In this document: positions 12,421 through 24,590 of the stretch, in pieces | Numbering within the stretch: the stretch's first letter is position 1 | Layout of the letters: every line of letters starts with the position of its first letter | Assembly (NCBI RefSeq): GCF_018977255.1 | Contig: NW_024704743.1 | Coordinates: 2,916,001 to 2,980,000 of the forward strand | From: Callorhinchus milii | Lineage: Eukaryota | Length of the DNA: 64,000 nt | Direction of reading: 5' to 3' | Position numbers and translations under genes: made by a program | The notes under the pieces: model-generated | The model's input: only the letters and a program-made list of their open reading frames with translations | The model's database searches: none | What the model was told of the DNA's origin: nothing

Positions 12421-13424
12421 ACAACCAGAACATTGAGAACATGGAAAAACAAGACCTATTTCGCTATCCCGAGGGATCAAGAGTAGAGTCTTGACCACCA
12501 TGAACAAACCCTGCCCCCCGAGTCCTGTCTCGTCTTCTACCCTCACCGTCACATTGACCCCCACCCACCCCCTGCTCTCCTCCGTGGGACCTTCATCACC
12601 GTCACACTGCACCCCCCCCACCCCCACCCCCACCCCTAGCTCCCTGCTACATGGGACCATTATCTCCACTCCTCCCCATACCTTGTTGATTTGTTGTAAG
12701 TGAATAAAAGCAAATGATGCTTCAAAAACAATGTGTTTCGAGTTTCTTAAGACATAGTCTGTATGAGATGTAGTCACTCCACTTTACTGTGTACTCCGTG
12801 AAAGGCTTTGAGGCGTCTAGAAAATGTGATAAGGGGCTATATCAAGCAGCAGGATTATTATTATTATTATTCCAGACACAGGGGATGGAGAAAAGATAGG
12901 AAATGCGTTTAAAAGACCTGCCATGATCTAATAAATTGGCGGAACAGGCTCGATGGGCTGAGTGGCCTCCTCTTGGGTAAGATCCACCCCTTGCCTTCTT
13001 AGAGGGGAGCAAAGTGGGTCTTCGTGGGCCTGAACTGGCTCCAAGGTGACATACTTGGCAAAGGAGGGTCAAAACAAAGCCAGGCCTCTGGGATGGTCTC
13101 TAGTCCCCGGTTCCTGAGCCAGAAGGGGCCGCAGTATTCCAGGGCACTCACTGCTGATCACAGCCCAGCCCGGCCCTGGCTCATCCATCGGCAGGACCTG
13201 GAAGGGCCGACTAGTCACTGGGGGCAGGGAATCCTCCCCTTCAGCTCCTGTTAACGCTGCAAACCAAAGCCCTAAAGGGTAGGGTGGTCCCAGCGGGAAA
13301 ACTTGGCCAGACAGCAATATCAAGGACAAGCTGTGTGGTTTTAGCTGGTTAGGCTCCAGCAGTTACCCCCAACGTACACTTTGGGGTCCCCAAGCCTTGG
13401 CTCTTGCCAACCTGAGGCTAGCAC

Positions 13425-13464
13425 TTTCCAGGATGAGGTAAGCAGGATGTGTCCCTCCAGGGAG

Positions 13465-13495
<31 letters not shown>

Positions 13496-16400
13496 GAGGG
13501 AGCATTCCAATCCAGATGGAGGGGAATTTCCACGTGTGGGTGACGGACATATGTGGAATTCTCGGTCTGGTTTGGAGACTTAAGCACTATGGGATGATGA
13601 GTTTCCGCGTGTGTCAGACTCCCGGCTGCAGTGTTCCCACTTGAAATGGGAGTTGAGGTCCAGATCAGCCACGATCTAACACAATGGCGGAACAGGCTCG
13701 GGGTGGGGGGGGCTCTGAATGGCCTCCTCCTGTTGCTGCGACCCAAGCAGTTGTGGTTGGGCTGAGGCCGATGGCGTCTCTGAGCTCCCACAGGAGGTTC
13801 CAATCAGACGCTGACGTAGGTTCTGGGGAACGTTGAAGGCTGGATGGAGTTTTTCCACCTGACGCAGAAGCTGGTGGATTGCCCACACTCGAGTTGCCCT
13901 CCCGCCTCCCTCCCCTCCCCTCTCCAATCCCCCCCCCCCCACCCCCCCCCGCCATGGCTGGGATGAGTTGGGCAAGCGAGCTGGAGATTGGAATGGTTAC
14001 TTCTGGGCTGGACTCTGCGGTTGGCCGTTTAATGGAGGAAGTCGGGGCTTCTGACAGAAGGCTTGCGAGTGAGCCCTGGTACCTCACAAAGCCTGCCGTG
14101 ACTTGAAAGGCCAGAAATGTGTAAACCATCTGGCTCAGGTATGTGGCCGTCTGCTTTTACGACGCCGAGCCAGCGACGAGGTCGATTTTCTCTCCTCTCC
14201 TGATTATAATCATAATCCTTGTTTCGCACAGTGCTCTTTAATGTCAAACTGTCTCAAAGAGCTTCATAAGCGACGGCCGTCTGGCGGACTGTCCCTGTAC
14301 TTTTTGAGCGAAACACAAGAGCCGGTTTGCGCTCCGCAACGTCACACACACACACACGCGCGCGCGAACGCACACACAGCCATGAAGCGAGTGACCGATT
14401 CTATCCGGGGGTATTGTTTTGGCCACGACACTGGGAGAGAGAGACTCACTGCGGGATCTTTAACGTGATCTGTGTCAATGGCCGACGATCCCCCGGATAA
14501 TATTGGACCTCGGCACGTAATGTGGTTGCTCACTGTGCCGAAATCGGCAGCTGGGTTTGAACACCAAAACAGTCACTACGCTTGACCTGAGAGAGTTTCT
14601 CTTTCTTTTAATACTCCTGGCGTTCGATACGGCGCCTCATCACGTCCTCGAGACGTCGCAAAGCGCTTCACAGAATATGCTGTGAAGTGAATCGACCGGA
14701 CATTCAACGACAACAACAACGACGACATCAACTTGCATTTATGTGGAGTCCTGCAGCTCGGTGGTTGTTAGCGCACTCGCCTCGCAAGTGAGAGGACCCC
14801 CCCCCCCCGGGTTTGATTCCCAGGGGGAGGGCGAAACCTTCGGCAAGTTTCCTTACTCCGCGCGCCTCCGTTCGCCTGGCAGTAGGTCGGAATATGAGCC
14901 AACTGGCGGATCGCTTTTCCCCGGGGGCAATAACTCCTTCAAAAAAAAACATCATATGAATAAATTCGTCACTTCAAACCAAGGCTGTTTTGTGGGACGC
15001 AGCTGTGCGCAATTGGCTGCTGTGTTTCGCCCGCAAAATATACAGTCGACTCACTTCGCGGCAGCCCTTTGAGATGTGATAAGGCGCTATATATCAAAGG
15101 ATTATTATTATTATTATTATTATTATATACCCCCAGAGGATAGAGTTCAAGATCCTTGCGCTCACCTTCCAAATTCTCCGCCCACCTCGCCCCACCTTGC
15201 TTCTGTGACCTCCTCAAACCTGACTGAGGGTGAGCCTTCAGCCATTCTGCCCCGCGCCCCCCCCCAACCCCCCCCATCGCCACTGCACATCCCCCCCCCC
15301 CCACCCCAACCGCCCCAGTCCTGGATCAAACCTTCATCGTCTTAGCTTCACCTCAACCTCCAGCTCAAGCCAATCCCAGTGATAGACTGACACAGCGATG
15401 GACTGTTGGTGGGTGGGGGGGGGGGGCCTTGTCCATCAGATCAGACCTTAAACCCAGGTCCCCTTCGGAGCTGTTCACGTGTACGTTAATGATCCCGCGG
15501 GGCTGTTGGAAAAGAGGAGGGAGATTCTCTCTCTCTCTCTCCCTCTCCCGGGGCCTGACCGACAATCTCCCAAGTAAAATCAGTCGTTCACTTCGCGGTT
15601 GTGCGTGGGGCGTTGCTGTGAACAAATTGGCCGCCACATTGGTCTACAAAACACGCAGTCACTACGCTGTGCAGTAAAGCCCGTGAGGCGCTCCGGGACC
15701 TCCGCCCCCGCACGAAAACACGTGGGATTTTTCAGGTCCACCCGAACATGGGTTCGTGGTTTAACATCTCATCCGAAGCACAGTGCAGCGCTTCCCCCCA
15801 CCACCCCCCCCCCCCCCCCACCACCCCCCAGCTCTGCACTGGTGTTATTGGAAAAGAGATGGCAGTTTCTCTCTCCCAGCGTCTTGGCCAAAACAATCCC
15901 CCCGGACACGATGCTGAGCGCAAATCGGCTCTTGTGTTTCGCTCAAAAAAGTACAGAGTCAGTCCGCCGGACGGCCGTCGCTTATGAAGCTCTTTGAGAC
16001 AGTTTGACATTAAAGAGCACTGTGCGAAACAAGGATTATGATTATAATCAGGAGAGGAGAGAAAATCGACCTCGTCGCTGGCTCGGCGTCGTAAAAGCAG
16101 ACGGCCACATACCTAAGCCAGATGGTTTACACATTTCTGGCCTTTCAAGTCACGGCAGGCTTTGTGAGGTACCAGGGCTCACTCGCAAGCCTTCTGTCAG
16201 AAGCCCCGACTTCCTCCATTAAACGGCCAACCGCAGAGTCCAGCCCAGAAGTAACCATTCCAATCTCCAGCTCGCTTGCCCAACTCATCCCAGACATGGC
16301 GGGGGGGAGGTGGGGGGGGGGGGGGTTGGAGAGGGGAGGGGAGGGAGGCGGGAGGGCAACTCGAGTGTGGGCAATCCACCAGCTCTGCGTCAGGTGGAAA

Positions 16401-16822
16401 AACTCCATCCAGCCTTCAACGTTCCCCAGAACCTACGTCAGCGTCTGATTGGAACCTCCTGTGGGAGCTCAGAGACGCCATCGGCCTCAGCCCAACCACA
16501 ACTGCTTGGGATGCAGCAACAGGAGGAGGCCATTCAGAGCCCCCCCCCACCCCGAGCCTGTTCCGCCATTGTGTTAGATCGTGGCTGATCTGGACCTCAA
16601 CTCCCATTTCAAGGGGGAACACTGCAGCCGGGAGTCTGACACACGCGGAAACCCATCATCCCATAGTGCTTAAGTCTCCAAACCAGACCGAGAATTCCAC
16701 ATATGTCCGTCACCCACACGTGGAAATTCCCCTCCGTCTGGATTGGAATGCTCCCTCTCTCTCTCTCTCTCTCGCTCTGTCTCTCCCTGGAGGGACACAT
16801 CCTGCTCACCTCATCCTGGAAA
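13425..16822. repeat. Second inverted repeat: arms ~13425-14340 and ~15910-16822
   Basis: Near-identical ORF translations on opposite strands (e.g. 14029-14247 minus versus 16004-16222 plus; 13665-14129 versus 16122-16448). Confidence 0.92.
14744..15125 (+). mobile_element. tRNA-derived SINE (family 1), representative copy; others at ~6590-6960, 9190-9565 (-), 9887-10230, 22468-22690, 29060-29440, 58300-58578 (-), 61890-62205 (-)
   Basis: tRNA-like head with A/B boxes (AGCTCAGTGGTTAGAGC...GGTTCGATTCCC), a Deu-like core GCTGTGCGCAATTGGCTGCCGCGTTTCG and an L2-like tail GTGATAAGGCGCTATATCAAATGCAAGGA(TTA)n. Confidence 0.85.
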
Positions 16823-17662
16823 CTATTGGTTGCAGGTCGGCAAGAGCCCAGAGTGTGAGTTGTGGTAACTGCTGGAGTCTACTCAACGAAAACCACGCAG
16901 CTCGTCCTTGATATCCCCCTCTGCCCCTGAACCTCGGGAACTCCATCCCGCAGTCCCTGCACCTCCCCCCCCCCTCCCTTGCCTCCTTCAAGACTCACCT
17001 CGAGACCGTCCTCTTCGACCGTGCTTTCGATCTCCCTGCTTCCCCCCACTGCCCTCCACCCTCCCCCTATCCCGACCGCCCACCACCCCCCCCCCCACGC
17101 CCGGCTCGGGTCTGAAACACTGACTGTCCAGAGCCTTGGGACGTCCTCCCGACGTGACAGGCGCTCTCTCCATATATATATATATATATATATATGGTAA
17201 TTTTGTTGTTGTTGTTGTCTCTTGTCTCGCTTACTTTTCTCCATCACTTCGTTCCCATCACAAGTGAGCAGCCGGCGAGAAAGTGAGCGGGTGAGGGAAT
17301 GAGTAAGTGACTGAGCAAACAAGTGAACGTGCGCGGGAGCGAGGGGTCTAAGCGTATGAGTGAGTGAGTGAGTGGCCGGTCGTGCGGTGGTGTGGAAAGA
17401 AGCTGTGCCCGATTCTGTCCTCGCCCGACCACCCCCCCCACCCCCCACCCGCCGACCCCCACACCCAACCCACCCCTATAGATCTGAGACTGAGTCTTCG
17501 AGGCTTAGAGCCGGGTTTCCCTGGGGCTGAGCTGGCTCAGAGCGGCCAGGCCCTGAGGTACAGGCAGAGGCAGACAGGACCTGCGGTGACCCGCAGGCAG
17601 CCGTGGGCGTGTAGACATCTCCCGAAGCCAAACAGCCCGGCTGCACAGTTGCGGCGCTGTGT

Positions 17663-17700
<38 letters not shown>

Positions 17701-19239
17701 GCCACCAGATGGCTGGGGAGCGACCACTGCAGGTCAACTCTCTCAGGACCTTGTGGCTTCCGGCCCCGCATCGCGGTCTCAGCCGGCGCTCCAGTGTCGT
17801 GCCGGGGGCAGGTCCGTCCGCCGGTTCAGGTGTCGGTTAAAAGATTCCACGGCACGATTTGAGAATTCCCTCCCCCCTCCCCGCCCCGTTTTTTTCTTTT
17901 GCCTTGAAATAACATAATAATACGGCGGTTTCCAACGCCCGGGGACGTCCTCCCGGCGAGAAAGGCGCAATGCAGACATAATCGTGCAAGATATATAATT
18001 TGCGCCGCGTTTCGCCCGCAAGCAGTCGTGGATTGAGTGCCCTTATCGTTATTTTTTGCTTATTTATCGGAGGGATTTATCGGACGGATCTCTTTCTCCC
18101 TCTCCCTCTCTTTCATTCATCCTTTCGTTCTCGTTTTCCATTTCTCCCTCCCTTTATTCCTTCGGAGATTTTGCTAATAATCCGTAATAATTCAAAATGT
18201 AATTCAAAATATGGTCCAGGACGCGTGCCCGAGCTGCGGGCAGGGAGACGGCGGCGATGCTCTCGCCACGTTGGGTGCCCCGGGGGCGCCACAGCTTCAA
18301 CTGGATCAGCGGCTGTGAAAAATATCTCCTCGTTCTTTGCAAACTGCAATTCACGAGGTCACAGGAGAGGCTCAGGTGAAGAAGCCCTTTCGAGCCATTG
18401 GAGCGCAGTCTTTCATTGCGGACCGTCCATCCCCGATCGGCCTCGCTCGGTCTGTAGCCCTCGTGCCTTTGACTCGGAAGGTTGTGGGTTCAAATCCCAC
18501 GGCGGCATTTTGAGCTCACTTGTCCAGACTGATTATTAATTATTATTATTAATAACAATACCCACTCGCTCACTTCCCCATTGCAGGACTGAGCTACTTC
18601 TTAGACAGAGCGCTTCTGTTTGGAACGGCAGGACCTGGGGCGAAATGTTGGTCAAGTTTCCTTACTCCTCACGCCTCTGTTTACCGAGTAGCAAGTAGGG
18701 ACATGGTCGTTAGTCGACGGGCGGATCGCTTTCCGGGGGGGTAGAAATCTCTTTTAAGTAATTAAACAGGCAACCAGATCAATAAATAATTTAGTCACTC
18801 AATCCGCGATGACGCAGTCGATTCACTCCGCAGAGTGAAGCGCTTTGGGACGTCTGAATGACGTGATAAGGCGCTGTGTCGGATGCGAGGATGATTAATA
18901 ATTAGAATGAAATGCAATGGAAGCCCCAAGCGGAGCCGGTGACATCTGCTGCCGACACTGAGAGCGGAAAAGTTGGAGTCAAGCGCAGAGGTTCATTGGA
19001 AAGGCTTTAATGCAGTGCAGCCCCGAGCAAATTACAGGCGACCGGTGTACATAACGTGAAGGCAGTGTGTGTGTGTGCGCGCGTGTGTGCGCCCGCGCGC
19101 GCGCGTGTGTGTGCGTGTGTGTGCGTGTTTGTGTGCGCGGGCGCGTGCGTGCGTGTGTGTGTGTGCGTGTTTTTGTGCGCGTGTGCTTGTGGTGTTAATT
19201 GAGAAGAAAATGTTCAGAGCCAGCGATGACCCCCCCCCT

Positions 19240-19319
19240 CCCGATGTAAACTTTAAGCCAATGGTAGAGATGGAGGCTGGACTTGGGGTTGTGGGGGGAG
19301 TTGGGGGGGAAGAGAGAAC

Positions 19320-19350
<31 letters not shown>

Positions 19351-19475
19351 GTCCCAAGGTTTATTTTCCAAAGTTTCTCATTGCGCTCCTCAGCTTTCAG
19401 ACCTCTCCCTCCAGGGATCGCTTTCCCCTCTTTTTCTTCCTCCCCTCTCTCTCTCTCTCTCCTCTCTCGCGCTCG

Positions 19476-19506
<31 letters not shown>

Positions 19507-19568
19507 CCTCTTTCCCTCTCTCTCCCGCTCTCTCCCTTCTCCGCCCTTTTGGTAAATTTCATTCGAAG
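19240..19568 (+). promoter_or_regulatory. Putative promoter/5'UTR of the COL9A1-like gene
   Basis: CCAAT near 19258 and an inverted SOX-like pair CCAAAG-tttct-CATTGC at ~19368-19385, upstream of the candidate first exon (phase-2 donor AG|GTAGGA at 19597). Confidence 0.35.
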
Positions 19569-19660
19569 ATGCGATGGGATTTCGGTCATGCTGCAAGGTA
19601 GGAGCCGGGAATACGAGGCTTGAGTTCGGTTTGTGTCTACATCACGTGGAATGCGGTTGA

Positions 19661-19696
<36 letters not shown>

Positions 19697-22600
19697 CATA
19701 ACCCCGGCGTTGGACGTCGTTTTGTTGAGCCGTCTCAAAGCGCTTCCCGGAACATACTGCAAAGTGGATTGACTTTTGTGGGTGGAAGACGGCGGCCGAT
19801 TGTGCACAGCCGCGTCCCAAATCATTCCTGTTCACGTTTGCTTTGAGAGCAAGTCGGTTTTAGCACAAGGAAGTCAGAACGTTTTCCAGTTTATTGCTGT
19901 AATTATTATTATTATTATTATTATTATTATCATTAATATTATCATCTCGTGTATATATGTGCGCTGGATAGAATTACTACCGCCTTTGTGTCGCGCGCGA
20001 ACGAGACTTCTCGGAGTAATGTTCTTGGAGTAACGTCGCAGAGGAACTTCTCGGAGTAACATTGCGGAGCGCTGGGCGGAGACGATGCCGAACGCTGAGC
20101 TGGGATGGGAACAGGGGTGATGTAGACCCTGTTACATTCCCCCTGCCTTGCCCCATCCTTTCCCCCCTCTGCAGGTTGTGCCTGAAGATCTTCCTTTTTG
20201 GACCGCACATACAGTCACCTCCTCCCCTCCCCGCTAAGCTCTCCGCTTAAGCGCTCTGGGACGTGAGGTAGCACTGTATAAACGCAAGTGGTTGTCCCTG
20301 TTGTTTAGAGAGCTTCTTCGAACAACTTTCTCCCTTGCGGAGATCTTCCGAACAGTTACTGCTTTGCTTAAAACGTTTTCAATCCCACCTGCGCACCAGG
20401 TGCTGAGCGTCTGTCGGTCTGTCTCTCTGTCTGTCTGTCTCCCCGTGAGTCGCTAACTCCCAGCCACGCGAGCTGGTCCCCGTTATGCCTTGTAATGAGG
20501 CATCCACATTCCACGGGCTTTATGAGAGGGACGTGTCGCAGGAAGGAACCTGCGCCGCCTGTCTCTGGGACAGAGCATGTGTGTCTGTGTGCGTGTGCGT
20601 GTGCGTGTGTGTGGGAAGGAAGGGTGGGGAGGTTAACAAGGGAGTTCATTAAAAAAAATCACATTTGGGCTTTACAGGATTCGCTAAAGTACGGCGACTG
20701 TATTTTGTAGGCAAACGTGGCAGACAATTTGCACACAGCAATGTCCCACAAACAGCCACTTAAGTGAGTCAGCCATTCTTTTCAGGTGGTGGTGGGAGGG
20801 GGGGGGGTTCGGGGCGGGGGTGGGGGGGGGGAATGGTCGGCCCAGGACACTGAGAGACAGAAATTCCCTTCTCTTTTGCAATAGGGCAGTGGGATCTTTA
20901 ACATTCCACCCGGGTTCTGTCTGTTCAGGTGGACATTAAAGATCTCGAAAAGATCTCAGGTAGATATCAGGGATCTCAAAAAAGCGCTGCATGAAAAGAG
21001 AAGGGAGTTTCTCTCTCCGGGTGTCCTGCCCGACAATCCCCCTGGTCGCTCATTTCATGGCTGCTTCTGGGACGTTGTTTTGTGCAAATTAGCTGCCTCG
21101 TTTCCTGTTAACCCTGCTAGCCAAACCTCTAATGGGTAGGGGGGTCCTACCTGAAGACTCTTATGCACGGTGATGGGTTCCCGTGTGTGTCAGACCCCCG
21201 GCTGATCACTGTGATGGGTTCCCGTGTGTGTCAGACCCCCGGCTGATCACTGTGATGGGTTCCCGTGTGTGTCAGACCCCCGGCTGATCACTGTGATGGG
21301 TTCCCGTGTGTGTCAGACCCCCGGCTGATCACGGTGATGGGTTCCCGTGTGTGTCAGACCCCCGGCTGATCACGGTGATGGGTTCCCGTGTGTGTCAGAC
21401 CCCCGGCTGATCACAGTGATGGGTTCCCGTGTGTGTCAGACCCCCGGCTGATCACGGTGATGGGTTCCCGTGTGTGTCAGACCCCCGGCTGATCACGGTG
21501 ATGGGTTCCCGTGTGTGTCAGACTCCCGGCTGATCACGGTGATGGGTTCCCGTGTGTGTCAGACCCCCGGCTGATCACGGTGATGGGTTTCCGTGTGTCT
21601 TAGACACACTGGCTGATCACAGTGTACAGCCATTGCCTGTGAAGCGCTTTGAGATTTCTGGGTGCTGTGTTGGTTTTCTGATGAGATTGGAGCGAGAATG
21701 TGCTGAACACTAGATATCAGTTCTGATTGCTGATTTTGCCCTGAAACAGGACAACGCAGAAGGAAGTGCTTCTGAAGCTGTGGTTCAGTAGTGTGGCACT
21801 CCTGTGGCCTCCTGTATCGTGCGGTAAGTGATATCTTACATACGTACATAAGAATTTGCTGGTGGAAGAAGACCAAGGTCCATCCAGTTTGCCTTCCACC
21901 ATCCTGACCGTCGCTTGACATGTCGTGTCCCAAACTATATGCTGTATCCCGAGATTCCTAACGGAAATCTATCTCATTTGTTCTTGAAAGACCGTGTTCG
22001 GTGGCCTTGCCTTCATCCACTACTCCCCGAAACTCTGGAACTCTCTCCCTCAATCCCTCCGCCTCGCCTGTCTCCCTCCCTCCCTCCCCACTTTCAATTC
22101 CCACCCTAAAGACCTTCCTTTTTGATCGATCTCCCGGTCACCTCCCCCCCCCCTCCCTCCCTCTCCTCTCCCCCTGGCTCGGGATCGGACTCCCCACTCT
22201 CAAGTGAAGGGTGCTGCACAAATACAAGCTGTTGTCGTCGTCGTTGTTGAAAGAATCGTCTCTTTCTGCTTCCACCGTCTCCCTACGTTGTTATGTTTTA
22301 TATGTATCTGCTGGACGGACGCCTTGGGCTATCGGAAAATCCTGATCATGTTTACCAAGTGAAGGTGGTGCTCATTATTTTGCACGGTTATAAGTGTGTG
22401 GTTTCACCGTAGGCATCTGGCTGGGCACTTCAATGGAAGGAATGTAGACCACATTCCAACCCAATGTGGAGTCCTGTAACTCAGTGGTTAGAGAGCTCGT
22501 CTCGCAAGCGAGAGGACCTGGGTTTGATTCCCGGGCCGGGGGCCTTACTCCACACACACACACACACACGCCTCTGTTGACCCAGCAGTGAGTAGGAACC

Positions 22601-24558
22601 CGGTCGTTAGTCAATTGGCGGATCGCTTTTCCAGGGGTAATGATCCCTTCCAAAAAAACAGAATGATCAGAAACTGGTCGCTCCATCCACGCTTCACGGG
22701 ATCTACTGCAAACTGCGGTGACTTGTGTTTCTTTGCGAGCGAAACGTGGCAACCAATCTGCACACAGCGACGTCCCCCAAACAGCCGCGGAGTGAGTGAC
22801 TAATTTTATCCGGGGGATTGTTGGCCAGGGCACCAGGGGGGAGAGAGAATCTCCCTTCTCTTTTTGAATAGCGCCTGGAGAGCTTTAAAGGTCTGACAGT
22901 CAGTCTTGAGATCAATATGTGACTTGCCTCTCGGTTTCTGTTCGCTCCTTTGAGTCTAATACCCATTTCAGTGCCATTTCGCAGCCCAAACTCCTCGCCT
23001 GGGACGCCCCTCCGGCAACGGGAAGATCCCACTGGGTGGCCATTAACAACCAAGATGATTAGCACATCTCACGCTGCAGTTTTGACCCCCCAACAGAAGT
23101 TGAACTGTAGAGGTGAGAAGCCAATCTAACTGTCTTCTCTTTTCCGCAGCAGTGAAAAACTTTCACAACTACGATGGTTTGGACGAGACAACAGTCTGCC
23201 CGAATATCAGGATTGGACAAGATGATTTACCAGGTACCACGGGGTACTCCATAAACAGCACAATACAGAATAATCCTTGCCTTTGATGTAGCGCCTTATC
23301 ACTCCATCGAGATGTGTCAAAGCGCTTCACGGGATATAGGTGATAAGGCGCTGTATCACATTGCAAGGGTTATTGCTTGTAAATAATATTATACTCTTCC
23401 CTTCCTCAAGGAATCCTTGGAATCCTCAACTCCTCTCGACCTTGCTCCGCTCTCTCTCCTCCTGCGCCTCTGTCAGTCGGTAAGATTGAAGGACTTGTGT
23501 GGGAGACTTACTCTGTATTTGACTCTCTCTCTCCATCACTGCTCCCCCTCAGGGTTCGACATCATCACTCAATTCCAACTAGACAATATCCCGCTGCGGG
23601 GGGTGAGAAGGGTGGAGGGCTCCACCCCTCTCCAGATCGCCTTCAGACTAGAGAGAGAAGCCAACTTCCAGATACCGACGAGGTAAGTGGGGGTCTCCTC
23701 CGAGGCTCTGTAGCAAATGCAAGGATTATTATTCTTGTAAGTCTGTCTCCACGCCTGACAACTCACAGCAGTTCTCCGTGAAGAGCTTTACGCTCCCCCT
23801 GGATGACCGGACACCGTCGAGGCCCATCATTATCGAGCCGTGTGCTCACTGTTATATTAACCTGTGGATTCTTCACCCAAAGCCTTGCTTGCGGTCTCCA
23901 CCGTTCCTCTCTCCTGCTCTGTGATCATCTGCCGTCCAATCATTTGGAACTGAAGTACAGACTAATGACATGTCCTTAGCTCTGCCCGTAATAATAATAA
24001 TAATAATAATATTCCTTGCATTTGATGTCATGCCTTACCATGTCGTTGAGATGTCTCAAAGCGCTTCACAGAATATACAGTAGAGTGCAGTAGTTGTGCA
24101 TTTCGTGGGCGAAACGCGGCAGCCGATCTGCGCACAGCAGCGTCCCCACAAACACTCGTGGATAATTAGCCCCTCCGGAGAGCGATCGGCCCGTCGACCA
24201 ACGACCGACAAACCAAAAACCACTCAGTCACTTCACGGCTGTTCGTGGGACGTTCGCGCCCGCAAACCGGCTGCCGTGTTCACCCACGAAACCAGCCGGT
24301 GGGGAGGGGGAGGGCGAGGGCGAGGTGACGGTAGGCAGGGTCGGTGATGAGGGTCCTCAGGTGTGAACTGAAGGTGGGGAAGGGAGGAGGCAAGGCGGAG
24401 GGATAAAGGGAGAGCGAGAGTGGGTTGGGGAGTAAGGAGGTCGGAGAGGTTGGGAGGTGCCCAAGGCGCGAAGGGATTTGAAGACAACTGTGAGGATCGT
24501 GAAATCGACACGATGGACTGAATAAGGTCTCTCCCTCTCTGTCTCTCTCTCTCCGTCT

Positions 24559-24590
<32 letters not shown>

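Larger units (their letters stand above)
7900..12755. repeat. Large inverted repeat: arms 7900-8878 and 11790-12755, spacer ~2.9 kb
   Basis: Arms are near-identical reverse complements; the ORF track shows identical 84-aa and near-identical 104/101-aa ORFs on opposite strands. Confidence 0.95.
10540..17783. repeat. Third inverted pair: ~10540-10807 and ~17500-17783, each carrying a CTCF-like motif
   Basis: The segment CCGAGACCGCGATGCGGGG...CAGCCCCAGGAAA recurs as its reverse complement. Motif TGGCCACCAGATGGCTG at 17699-17715 (+) and its counterpart at 10607-10623 (-). Confidence 0.85.

Noticed and set aside
12182..12436. 84-aa ORF (MHNGPDITMG...) duplicated at 8222-8476, and the 109-aa ORF at 62964-63293
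   Set aside because: They start upstream of the TATA box, are in different frames from the basic ORF, and are not preserved across copies because of the 7-nt 5'UTR indel in copy 3. They are shadows of the protamine-like ORF.
13954..14106. 51-aa ORF MAGMSWASELEIG... duplicated in inverted repeat C/C'
   Set aside because: No recognisable homology, promoter or compositional signal; its conservation is explained by recent duplication.
21166..21622. CRISPR-like appearance of the 41-bp array (and the 36-bp array at 31637-31950)
   Set aside because: Units are contiguous with no unique spacers, there are no cas genes, and the context is eukaryotic.
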